From positions 630,001-662,000 of the forward strand of contig NZ_CP088239.1 of the NCBI RefSeq assembly GCF_021054785.1: a stretch of 32,000 bases of DNA, read 5' to 3'. Origin of the DNA: Tannockella kyphosi (GTDB lineage Bacteria; Bacillota_I; Bacilli_A; Erysipelotrichales; Coprobacillaceae). The notes beneath the pieces were generated by a model that worked only from the letters and a program-made list of their open reading frames with translations, did not search any database and had not been told where the DNA came from. Below are positions 15,453 to 24,276 of this stretch, one piece after another (the stretch's first letter is position 1; each line of letters opens with the position of its first letter). Made by a program: the position numbers and the translations under genes.

Positions 15453-17480
15453 ATGAACAAAGATTATGAAATTTTATTTACACCAGCCAAAATTGGTAAC
15501 TGTGAGATTAAAAACAGATTCGTTATGGAACCTATGGAACCAACAAAAATATTAGATTGGACCATGACAAATAATGGGTTTCACACTGAGTCAAGACAAT
15601 TAATTTTAAATCGTGCAAAGGATGGTGTTGGTTTAATTATACCTGGGGCAGCATCAACTCATTCTTTGATGACGAAAGAATTTCTGGGTGATCACCCAGA
15701 AGTATTTGAAGGACTTCAAGAATTTATGGATGAAGTTCACTCTTATGGATCAAAGTTGTTTGTACAGTTAGCAGCTGGTTTTGGAAGAAACTTCCCATAT
15801 CCAGTGGATATGCAAATATTATCATTTATTCCTGATTTAGAGAGTTCAATCTCTACTGCTGATGCTGGTTTGCCAAATCGTTGGATTCCTGAACATTTAT
15901 CTACCCAAATGTCTGTAGAAACAATTCATAAAATTGTCGATGGATTTGCTAATGCTGCCTATCTATGTAAAATAAATGGGGTAGATGGTATTGATGTTCA
16001 TGCGGTTCATGAAGGGTATGTTATGGACCAATTTGCTACTTCACACACAAATCATAGAACAGATGAATATGGTGGTTCATTAGAAAATAGATTACGTTTT
16101 GCTTGTGATGTTGTAAAAGCAATCAAGCTAAAATGTGGTGATGATTTCCCAGTAATGTTACGATATTCTGTAGAAACAAAGACAAAAGATTTTGGAAAAG
16201 GGATTATACCTGCAGATCAGGATTCTATAGAAATTGGACGTACAATGGAAGAATCTAAAGAAGCTATTAGAATATTAAGTGAAGCTGGATATGATGCATT
16301 CAATGCTGATAATGGAACGTATGACTCATGGTATTATGCTCACCCTCCAGTATATATGCCCCCAAACTGTAACTTGAAAGAAACGATGGAAATTAAACCC
16401 TACACAGATAAACCTGTTATCTGTGCCGGTAGAATGGAATTAAAACAAGCTGCCGAAGCTATTGAAGGTGGTAACCTAGATTTTGTAGGAATTGCTCGCC
16501 AATTCTTAACAGATGAAAACTATCTTACAAAAATTAGAGAAGATATAGAAGAAGACATTAGACCTTGTATATCTTGTCATACTGGTTGTTTAGCATTTTC
16601 ACTATGGAAAGACTCAGGAGCAACAGGTCATATAGCAGGTAATTGTGCCTTAAATCCATATACTAATAATGAAGAAAAATATGAACTAAAGATAACAAAA
16701 GATCCTAAACATTTTGCTGTAGTAGGTGGAGGAATTGCAGGTATGGAGTTTGCACTACAGGCACTAAGACATGGACATAGTGTTGATTTATATGAAAAAA
16801 GTGATCGACTAGGTGGTGTATTTAATGAGGCAGCTTGCTTTAGTTTTAAAGGAAAAGCAAGAGAGTTGTTAAAATATTATGAGTGTCAAATCAAAAAATC
16901 ATCCGTTCATTTACATATGGCTACAGAAATAACAGATACCTGCTCACTAGAAGCAGATGAAATTATTATAGCAACAGGTAGCCTAGAGCCAAGAAGTATT
17001 CAAGTACCTGGTAGTGAATATGCAATGAATGCGGTTGAATTCCTAGCAAATGGAATGGATTGTGGTCAAAATGTAGTAATCATTGGTGGTGGTGAAACAG
17101 CTTGTGAATTAGCTTATGACTTAGCTATGTTAGGGAAAAAACCTGTTATTATAGAACAACAAGATGATATTATGAAAGCACCAGGGTCATCTATGGCAAA
17201 TACAAGTTATTTAAGAGATGCTTTTGAATACTATAAAGTACCAGTTTATCTAAGTGCGAATGTTCTAAGTATTGAAGAAAACGCAGTTGTAGTTAAAACA
17301 GAAACAGGCCAAGAAATAAAAATAGCAGCAGATAATACAGTAGTATCTATTGGATTTATAAGTGGTACAAAGATTAAAACGGAAACTAAATCTAATGTAC
17401 ATATTCTAGGAGATGCACATAAAGTTTCAAATCTATTAGATGCAGTGAAACAAGTAAATGATCTAATTCTTGAATTTTAA
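15453..17480 (+). CDS. Multidomain flavoenzyme of the 2-enoate reductase / 2,4-dienoyl-CoA reductase family (OYE-like FMN barrel + 4Fe-4S + FAD/NAD(P) domain)
   Basis: N-terminal OYE-type motifs LFTPAKIGNCEIKNRFVMEPM, HAVHEGYVMDQFAT...TDEYGGSLENRLRF. Cys cluster CISCHTGC...C. Dinucleotide fold VVGGGIAGME and a second one, IIGGGETACE. The ATG at 15453 lies behind a GGAGGGAG RBS; the track start at 15435 is a TTG. Confidence 0.8.
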   Translation: MNKDYEILFTPAKIGNCEIKNRFVMEPMEPTKILDWTMTNNGFHTESRQLILNRAKDGVGLIIPGAASTHSLMTKEFLGDHPEVFEGLQEFMDEVHSYGSKLFVQLAAGFGRNFPYPVDMQILSFIPDLESSISTADAGLPNRWIPEHLSTQMSVETIHKIVDGFANAAYLCKINGVDGIDVHAVHEGYVMDQFATSHTNHRTDEYGGSLENRLRFACDVVKAIKLKCGDDFPVMLRYSVETKTKDFGKGIIPADQDSIEIGRTMEESKEAIRILSEAGYDAFNADNGTYDSWYYAHPPVYMPPNCNLKETMEIKPYTDKPVICAGRMELKQAAEAIEGGNLDFVGIARQFLTDENYLTKIREDIEEDIRPCISCHTGCLAFSLWKDSGATGHIAGNCALNPYTNNEEKYELKITKDPKHFAVVGGGIAGMEFALQALRHGHSVDLYEKSDRLGGVFNEAACFSFKGKARELLKYYECQIKKSSVHLHMATEITDTCSLEADEIIIATGSLEPRSIQVPGSEYAMNAVEFLANGMDCGQNVVIIGGGETACELAYDLAMLGKKPVIIEQQDDIMKAPGSSMANTSYLRDAFEYYKVPVYLSANVLSIEENAVVVKTETGQEIKIAADNTVVSIGFISGTKIKTETKSNVHILGDAHKVSNLLDAVKQVNDLILEF

Positions 17481-17518
17481 TGAAAAACATTAATGTAAAC
17501 AAATAAAATTGATACATG

Positions 17519-17549
17519 ACCAAGTTGATTGATTTTGACTTGGTTTTTG
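17519..17549 (+). terminator. Rho-independent terminator
   Basis: ACCAAGT-tgattgattttg-ACTTGGT followed by TTTTGCTTTTT. Confidence 0.6.
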
Positions 17550-17923
17550 CTTTTTCTATTATATTCCATCATGTGGAATAGGTACTATTGGATATTGTTT
17601 TGAAACTTCTTTATTTAACAATTTAATCCTCATTTATAGATACTCATAAAAATAATAATCGAATGTATTATAAAAACTTATTCTAATTCTTAATATGTTT
17701 TAATTCAGGATATAAGGCCTTAAAATACTATTGTTCTTTTGATGTAGATTGTTTAGATCTATGTTATTATCATTGTGTTTTAAATATAACTCTCTTATCA
17801 TGGTTTCCACTGTCTAAATTATACTGAATTTGGTATAATTGAAACAAAGTAAGACATTATTGTTCTTTTGGATAAATATTAAAACAGTAAGAAGTATCTT
17901 AATGTAAATAAAAAGGGAGTACT

Positions 17924-18442
17924 ATGAAAGATAATTCTAATAAAAAATTTTGGGAACGTATTGCAAAACTATATACAGCTTTTCAAGAAAAAGGAAATAA
18001 AGACTTATATGTTTCTCTTTGTCAAAAAATAAAGCCCCAGATTAATGAAAATCAAGAAGTATTAGAGTTGGCATGTGGAACAGGACAACTTACAGTTTTT
18101 CTTGCAAATAGTTCTAAACATTGGATTGCTACAGATTTTTCAACAAAAATGGTCCTGGAAGCAAAGAAACGTTTTAATACAAAAAAAGTTTCTTATGAGA
18201 TTCAAGATGCTACCAAACTATCCTATGAAGATCATATGTTTGATGTTGTTTTAATAGCAAATGCTTTGCATATCATGCCTCAACCAGATGAAGCATTGAA
18301 AGAAATCCGACGGGTTTTAAAGCCTAATGGAATTCTAATAGCACCAACCTTTGTTTATGAAGCAGAAATCAATAAAGTTAGGTTATTGGTGATGGAAAAA
18401 ATTGGATTTAAAACATTTTATCAGTGGACATCAAAAGAATAG
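17924..18442 (+). CDS. Class I SAM-dependent methyltransferase, ended prematurely by an in-frame TAG (the reading frame continues to 18550)
   Basis: Motif I is VLELACGTG. Motif post-I is ATDFS, followed by FDVVLIANALHIMP. After the TAG at 18440-18442 the same frame reads EDFIKSYGFEIISNELLDEKPLPESILIGKIKKED*. This looks like the normal C-terminus of this family. Confidence 0.75.
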   Translation: MKDNSNKKFWERIAKLYTAFQEKGNKDLYVSLCQKIKPQINENQEVLELACGTGQLTVFLANSSKHWIATDFSTKMVLEAKKRFNTKKVSYEIQDATKLSYEDHMFDVVLIANALHIMPQPDEALKEIRRVLKPNGILIAPTFVYEAEINKVRLLVMEKIGFKTFYQWTSKE

Positions 18443-18668
18443 GAAGACTTTATTAAATCATACGGATTTGAAATCATCAGTAATGAACTTTTGGATGAAA
18501 AACCACTTCCAGAAAGTATTTTAATTGGTAAAATAAAAAAAGAAGATTGATATATTGTTGTCTTTCTCTTTTAAAAATATCTTGATTCATTGCAATCAAT
18601 ATAAATAATTATTTTGTAACAATAGAGTAGTCTATCATATCAAATAACAACACTAGAAAGGAAACAAT

Positions 18669-19280
18669 ATGACAAAATCATCTAAACAATTACTTGAAGA
18701 AAGTAAAAAAAGAAGAAGTTATAGAGAATTTTTATCACAACCAGTAGATATAGATATTATGAAAGACTGTATACTAACAGCAGGAACTGCTCCAAGTGGA
18801 GCAGATAAACAACCTTGGCATTTTGTTGTAGTAACAGATAATAAGACTAAAATAGAATTAAGGAAAAAGTGTGAAGAGGTTGAAAAAACTTTCTATGAAG
18901 AAAAAATAAGCAAGGAATGGCAAAAAGATTTAGATAAACTAAATGTAGATTATCAAAAACCATTCTTAACTCAAGCTCCATGTTTAATTGTTGTATTTAA
19001 AGAAATGTATATACTAAATGATAAAGGAGAAAAAGAAGTAAATTATTATCAAACGGAAAGTGTTGGAATTGCGATTGGTATGTTAATTAATGCTCTTAGA
19101 AATGCAGGATATTCCTCACTAACTTATACACCTTCACCAATGATGTTTCTAAGAGACTTTTTCAATAGACCCAAAGGAGAAACGCCTGTAATGATTTTAG
19201 CAGTAGGACAAGCAGACTTAAATTATCAATTACCAGAATTAAAAAAGAAAACGTTAGATGAAATAGCAACATTTATTTAA
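18669..19280 (+). CDS. Nitroreductase family protein
   Basis: The N-terminal KRRSYREF matches R-R-S-x-R-x-F. Also PSGADKQPWHFVVV and SVGIAIGMLINALRNAGY. The size of about 200 aa fits the family. Confidence 0.8.
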   Translation: MTKSSKQLLEESKKRRSYREFLSQPVDIDIMKDCILTAGTAPSGADKQPWHFVVVTDNKTKIELRKKCEEVEKTFYEEKISKEWQKDLDKLNVDYQKPFLTQAPCLIVVFKEMYILNDKGEKEVNYYQTESVGIAIGMLINALRNAGYSSLTYTPSPMMFLRDFFNRPKGETPVMILAVGQADLNYQLPELKKKTLDEIATFI

Positions 19281-19293
19281 GAATATAAATAAT

Positions 19294-19321
19294 AAAAAAG
19301 AACTGAAATCAGTTCTTTTTT
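19294..19321. terminator. Bidirectional terminator between nitroreductase and niaR
   Basis: AAAAAAGAACTG-aaat-CAGTTCTTTTTT. Confidence 0.8.
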
Positions 19322-19416
19322 GTTAGAAATAAATCTAATTAGTATGTGTATTTAGAATAAAATAGGAAAAGAGAAAGATAATTCGATATAATAAGATGGT
19401 TGAGTCTTTTAATGAC

Positions 19417-19962
19417 TTAATCGTTATTTTTTAAGAATCCTTTTTGTGATAATTCTAATTCAATTAAGTCAAGTAGTTTAATAGATGGTGCTTGGACTGT
19501 ATGATAATGACAATTATTTGTTATATTCTTTAATGGTACAAGTTCATTTTCTTTCATTTGAGATACAAAGTTATCAATATCTTTTGTTGTTGAAATATTT
19601 AATTGTGCAAAAAACTTACCATAAACCTCATGATCAACAAATACATCGAGTACCTTTCCTGATAGACTTACTATACAAGATAGTTCTTCGTATATTTCAA
19701 AATCATTGTGTTCAACCTTAAAAACACGAGTAAATACATCTTTATCATTACTAACTTTGTTTGATGCATCTTGAATAATATATCCTCTATTTGTTGAAAT
19801 AATATCATATTTATTTGCTCGCAATAAGGCAATGTCATTTACAATTACTTGTCTACTAACACCCATTTTTTTTGATATAGCTGTCCCGTTTAAAGGGGAA
19901 TTGCTTTCTTTTATCATGTTTAAAACTTTAATTCTTCTTTCTTCTCCATTTAATTCTTTCAT
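19417..19962 (-). CDS. niaR: NAD-biosynthesis transcriptional repressor NiaR (HTH_11 + 3H domain)
   Basis: The N-terminal wHTH is LNGTAISKKMGVSRQVIVNDIALLRANKYDIISTNRGY. The C-terminal 3H-type domain has conserved His (VEH, VDHEVYG, HYHTV). It is the last gene of the nadABC operon. Confidence 0.75.
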   Translation of the reverse strand: MKELNGEERRIKVLNMIKESNSPLNGTAISKKMGVSRQVIVNDIALLRANKYDIISTNRGYIIQDASNKVSNDKDVFTRVFKVEHNDFEIYEELSCIVSLSGKVLDVFVDHEVYGKFFAQLNISTTKDIDNFVSQMKENELVPLKNITNNCHYHTVQAPSIKLLDLIELELSQKGFLKNND

Positions 19963-19979
19963 ATAATTTCACCTTTTTA

Positions 19980-20843
19980 TTATATAACTTTCAAATTTTT
20001 TAATGATAAATCAAGTGCTGGTGCAAGATAAGTGATTGCTCCAGAAGAAATATAATCAACACCTATTGATATCAAATTGGAGATGTTTTCTTTTGTAACA
20101 TTCCCAGAACATTCTGTTTTCGCTCTATTGTCTATTATTGCAATCGCTTCTTTCATCATTTCAATGGACATATTATCAAGCATGATGATGTCTGCTCCAG
20201 CTTCTACTGCTTCTCTTACCATTTCTAGGGTTTCCACTTCCACTTCGATTTTACGTACAAATGGGGCATATTCTTTAGCGGCACTTACTGCATTTTTTAT
20301 TGATCCTGCAAAACTGATATGATTATCTTTTAACAAAATACCATCAGATAAATTATATCGATGATTATATCCACCACCAACTTTTACAGCATATTTTTCA
20401 AATATTCTCATATTTGGTGTAGTTTTTCTTGTATCTAACAGTTTTGTTTTACAATCAGGATGTTGTAAAAACATTTGTACTATGGAGTTAGTATAAGAAG
20501 CTATTCCACTCATACGTTGTAAATAATTTAACGCAACTCGTTCTCCAGACAATAATGCGCATACATTTCCATTTAATGTAGCAATAACATCTCCTGAATG
20601 AATAGCATCTCCATCTTTCACTGCAAAATCAATTTTGATATCATTGTCTAACAATTTAAAAACCCTCATAAAAACACTAAGTCCTGCAATAATACCATCT
20701 TCTTTACATATTAAATCAACAGAAGCCTTTGTTTTATCATCTTTTACAACAGCATTCGTTGTTATATCTTCACTGCTTATATCTTCTTTTAGTGCTAGAC
20801 GAAGTAATTCGTCTACCACTAAAATATTAGTAATATCGTTCAT
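19980..20843 (-). CDS. nadC: Nicotinate-nucleotide diphosphorylase (carboxylating) / quinolinate phosphoribosyltransferase
   Basis: GERVALNYLQRMSGIAS, LDTRKTTPNMR, KYAVKVGGGYNHRYNLSDGILLKDNH and IMLDNM are all NadC signatures. Confidence 0.9.
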   Translation of the reverse strand: MNDITNILVVDELLRLALKEDISSEDITTNAVVKDDKTKASVDLICKEDGIIAGLSVFMRVFKLLDNDIKIDFAVKDGDAIHSGDVIATLNGNVCALLSGERVALNYLQRMSGIASYTNSIVQMFLQHPDCKTKLLDTRKTTPNMRIFEKYAVKVGGGYNHRYNLSDGILLKDNHISFAGSIKNAVSAAKEYAPFVRKIEVEVETLEMVREAVEAGADIIMLDNMSIEMMKEAIAIIDNRAKTECSGNVTKENISNLISIGVDYISSGAITYLAPALDLSLKNLKVI

Positions 20844-22143
20844 TATTATTCTCCTTGTTATGTTTTATATCTTTATTTTTCAATATTAAATCAATGAGCA
20901 TTTTATTGTATCCATTTAATACTTCTTCTTTTATAGTATACTTTATTAAATCCAATTTGTTTACTATTTCCGTACTATTTTCGTAATTTTTTGTTATATC
21001 CTTGGCTAGTATTTTAGCAAAAACTAAACTTTCTAACAAAGAATTACTAGCAAGTCTATTTGCTCCATGGACTCCATTACAACACGTTTCACCAACAGCA
21101 TACAATCGTTCCATACTCGTTTTACTAACTGTATCTACAGCAACACCACCCATATAATAATGTTGTGCAGGAACAACGGGAATCGGTTCTTTTACAATAT
21201 CATATCCCTCCAATTTCATTTGATTATAGATATGTGTAAAATGATTCATAATCGTAAATTCATCAATATTTTCAAAAGATAACCATACAAAATCAGTATT
21301 ATCTTTTTTCATTTGTTGATAAACAGCCTTTGATACGATATCTCTTGGTAGTAATTCATCAACAAAACGCTCTTTATTTTTACCATACAAAATTCCACCT
21401 TCTCCTCGAACAGACTCTGAAATCAAAAAACGTCTTCCTTTTTTTTTAGAATAAAAAGTAGTAGGGTGAATTTGAACATAATCTAAATTCATTAGTTCTA
21501 TTTTATGATTGAAAGCAATAGCTAAAGCATCACCTGTAAGATGTTTATAATTTGTTGAATGTTGATACAAACCACCAATACCACCTGTGGCCCAAACTGT
21601 ATAATCAGCTTTGATTGATAATGTTTTTTGATTTTGATTACAAATAATACCTTTACATTCACCATTTTCACTTATAATATCAAGCATTGTTGTATCTTCA
21701 TATAAACTGATATTATCACAACTAGAAATAGCAGATAATAACTTTGATGTAATCTCTTTTCCTGTTATATCTTTATGAAATAAGATACGAGAATTAGAAT
21801 GAGCTCCCTCACAAGTATACTTTAATTCCCCATTCTCTTTTTCAAAATCAACACCTAAACTAGTAAGATCTTCAATCATTTCACGAGAATTCTTAATCAT
21901 TATTTCCACCGTTTTTTCATTATTTTCATAATGTCCAGCTTTTAAAGTATCTTCAAAAAAACTCTTATAATCATCTTCATCACGTAAAACACAAATTCCA
22001 CCTTGGGCTAAAAATGAATCACTTTCTTCTTTTTTTGTCTTACTTATGATAATGATTTGTTTATCTTTAGGCAAATTTAATGCAGTGAAAAGACCTGCAA
22101 CACCACATCCAACGATAATAATATTTGTATTAATAATAGACAT
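20827..22143 (-). CDS. nadB: L-aspartate oxidase
   Basis: FAD fold IIIVGCGVAGL, AQGGI, ATGGIGGLYQHSTN, HPT, RGEGGIL, and HYYMGGVAVD near the C-terminus. I prefer the ATG at 22143 because the GGGAGAG RBS lies 7 nt upstream. The track start at 22149 abuts the RBS. Confidence 0.88.
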   Translation of the reverse strand: MSIINTNIIIVGCGVAGLFTALNLPKDKQIIIISKTKKEESDSFLAQGGICVLRDEDDYKSFFEDTLKAGHYENNEKTVEIMIKNSREMIEDLTSLGVDFEKENGELKYTCEGAHSNSRILFHKDITGKEITSKLLSAISSCDNISLYEDTTMLDIISENGECKGIICNQNQKTLSIKADYTVWATGGIGGLYQHSTNYKHLTGDALAIAFNHKIELMNLDYVQIHPTTFYSKKKGRRFLISESVRGEGGILYGKNKERFVDELLPRDIVSKAVYQQMKKDNTDFVWLSFENIDEFTIMNHFTHIYNQMKLEGYDIVKEPIPVVPAQHYYMGGVAVDTVSKTSMERLYAVGETCCNGVHGANRLASNSLLESLVFAKILAKDITKNYENSTEIVNKLDLIKYTIKEEVLNGYNKMLIDLILKNKDIKHNKENNNERYY

Positions 22144-22170
22144 TTTCATTCTCTCCCTATATTTCGTTAT

Positions 22171-23076
22171 TTATTTTGCTAGATCAAGCATTTTTTCTAA
22201 AGGTTTTAGGGCATCTATTGCGATAACATCATCCACATTAACTTGGTAGTTATTATTTTTCAATGATGATAAAACACTATTTAAAGTAATTGATTTCATA
22301 TCAGGACAACTTTGTTGTTCACTAATAGTATGAAATATTTTATTAGGACTTTTTGATTTTAACTCATATAAAATACCTAGCTCTGTTGCAATTATAAATT
22401 CATTGCATGTTGATTTTTGAGAAAACTCAATAATTTGTGATGTACTCCCTATAAAATCAGCAAGTTCTAAAATATCTCCAGTACATTCAGGATGTGCTAA
22501 AACTAACGCTGATTTATATTTTGCTTTTGTTTTCATTAAATCAAAAGCATGGATAGCAGTATGTACATGACAATATCCTTTATTAAAAATAAAGTTTTTT
22601 TCTGGTATTTTAGATTGACAATATCTACCTAGATTTTCATCAGGAATAAATAATATATTTTTATTCGGGAGAGATTTTACTATTTTTATTGCATTAGAAG
22701 ATGTAACACAAACATCAGATACTGACTTTAATTCAACGGATGAATTTATGTAGCATACAACTGCTAAATCATCTTGTTCATTTTTGATTTTTTTAACATT
22801 TTCTACTGTTGCCATATGTGCCATAGGGCAATCAGCGTTCTTTTCTGGAAGTAGTACGATTTTATTTGGATTAACTATTTTAGCGCTTTCTCCCATAAAC
22901 TTAACACCACAAAATACAATTACATCGGCAGTACTTTCTTTTGCAATCTTAGCTAAATAATAGGAATCTCCTACATAATCTGCAATTTCTTGAACCTCAT
23001 CTGCTACATAATAATGTGCTAATATAATAGCGTTTCTTTCTTTTTTTAATTTAACAATTTCCTCTTTCAATCTCAT
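22171..23076 (-). CDS. nadA: Quinolinate synthase
   Basis: ILAHYY, VGDSY, FCGVKFMGESAKI, ADCPMA, VCYINS, AHPEC and IATELG, including the three-Cys pattern (CPMA, ...C..., CPDM) of NadA. Confidence 0.9.
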   Translation of the reverse strand: MRLKEEIVKLKKERNAIILAHYYVADEVQEIADYVGDSYYLAKIAKESTADVIVFCGVKFMGESAKIVNPNKIVLLPEKNADCPMAHMATVENVKKIKNEQDDLAVVCYINSSVELKSVSDVCVTSSNAIKIVKSLPNKNILFIPDENLGRYCQSKIPEKNFIFNKGYCHVHTAIHAFDLMKTKAKYKSALVLAHPECTGDILELADFIGSTSQIIEFSQKSTCNEFIIATELGILYELKSKSPNKIFHTISEQQSCPDMKSITLNSVLSSLKNNNYQVNVDDVIAIDALKPLEKMLDLAK

Positions 23077-23105
23077 AACTCCTTTATAATTTATTAGTTT
23101 GTATG

Positions 23106-23140
23106 ATTGTATTATATGTCATTACATCTGTCAAGACAGA
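23106..23140 (-). promoter_or_regulatory. nadA promoter (TTGACA-17-TACAAT) overlapped by a 14-bp palindrome, probable NiaR operator
   Basis: On the minus strand: TCTGTCTTGACAGA, a perfect inverted repeat TCTGTC/GACAGA at 23127-23140. It contains the -35 TTGACA (23129-23134). The -10 TACAAT is at 23106-23111. Confidence 0.6.
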
Positions 23141-23214
23141 AGTTTAAAAAGAATATTTAAAAAAACATATCTTTCAAACATTGATTGTTTGAAAGAATAT
23201 GCTTTTTGAAGTAA

Positions 23215-24141
23215 TTAAACGCTTTTATTATTGGTATCATTATATAGTTGAGGCTTTAAAGCAAGTTTGGAATAGTTTTTTATATGGTTATAGAAATTAG
23301 TCATTCCATCGCTTAATACTTTGCTTTTTTTCATCGTTAAAAATATTTTCCATTCAAAGCTATTATCTGGAAATGGTACGTATCTGACATCTTGATTCGT
23401 AAAAGATCTAGTATGAGCAGGTACTACAAAAAGAAAGTTATTGTTAATGGCAACTTCTCTTAAAGAGTTGAAATCATTTGATGCAATTTCTATTTGTGGT
23501 GAAAAACCACTTTTTTTACATACCCATTCAAAGTCATGACGAATATGAAACTGTGTACTAAATGTTGCAAATGACTGATCTCTAAGGTCATCCATTGTAA
23601 TATCTTTTTTTGTATATAACAAATGAGTAGGGGGGATGCATAAATAGATACCTTGTGTATAAATACATTCACCAATTACTTCATCACTATCTACTATTCC
23701 TGTTGTAACACAAAAATCATAGTCTCCTCGTAACATTTGTCGTTCTAAATAATAATCAGCACGATCATTATAATCAATTTTTATATAATCATGCTTTTTT
23801 TCGAAATCTTTTATCATATTAAAAGGTAGTGCAGAGATTACTCCAAAGGCCATCCCTAGATGAATAGTTTCTACGGGAATGTTATCTATATTAGAAAGAT
23901 GTTCTTTTAGAAAACTTCTTTTATCTAACATTGCGATACACTCCCCAAGGAAATAGATTCCACTCTTTGTAGGAGTTACCCCTTTTTTAGAACGGATAAA
24001 AAGCGTACAACCAAGTTCTTTTTCTAGTTCTTTAATTGTGTGTGAAATACCTTGTTGTGATATGTAGCTAACTTCTGCAGCACGATTAATACTTTTATAT
24101 TCGCAAACTAACACAAATAATTCCATTTGATGAAATGTCAT
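23215..24141 (-). CDS. LysR family transcriptional regulator
   Basis: The N-terminal HTH is MTFHQMELFVLVCEYKSINRAAEVSYISQQGISHTIKELEKELGCTLF. About 300 aa, and divergent from the reductase operon. Confidence 0.88.
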   Translation of the reverse strand: MTFHQMELFVLVCEYKSINRAAEVSYISQQGISHTIKELEKELGCTLFIRSKKGVTPTKSGIYFLGECIAMLDKRSFLKEHLSNIDNIPVETIHLGMAFGVISALPFNMIKDFEKKHDYIKIDYNDRADYYLERQMLRGDYDFCVTTGIVDSDEVIGECIYTQGIYLCIPPTHLLYTKKDITMDDLRDQSFATFSTQFHIRHDFEWVCKKSGFSPQIEIASNDFNSLREVAINNNFLFVVPAHTRSFTNQDVRYVPFPDNSFEWKIFLTMKKSKVLSDGMTNFYNHIKNYSKLALKPQLYNDTNNKSV

Positions 24142-24276
24142 ATATTTTCCTCCTGTTACAACTTTTTACTTGTATATCGTACAATGAAAGCGCTGTTATT
24201 GCAATATCAATTTATCTTGTATAATGAACTTGTAAAATAATTAACAAGGAAAATAAAAAAAAGAAGGAGAATTATT

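Noticed and set aside
17550-17923. A 370-bp AT-rich intergenic region containing the palindrome ATTCCAtcatgTGGAAT (about 17563-17579), as a possible regulatory RNA or operator
   Set aside because: There is only a single 6-bp inverted repeat, with no second copy, no adjacent regulator gene and no clear promoter. That is not enough to call a feature.
18440-18442. The in-frame TAG as pyrrolysine or a reassigned sense codon
   Set aside because: TAG terminates other well-supported genes in this window (994-1779 and 30539-31648). No pyl genes or PYLIS-like context are visible. A point nonsense mutation is the simpler explanation.
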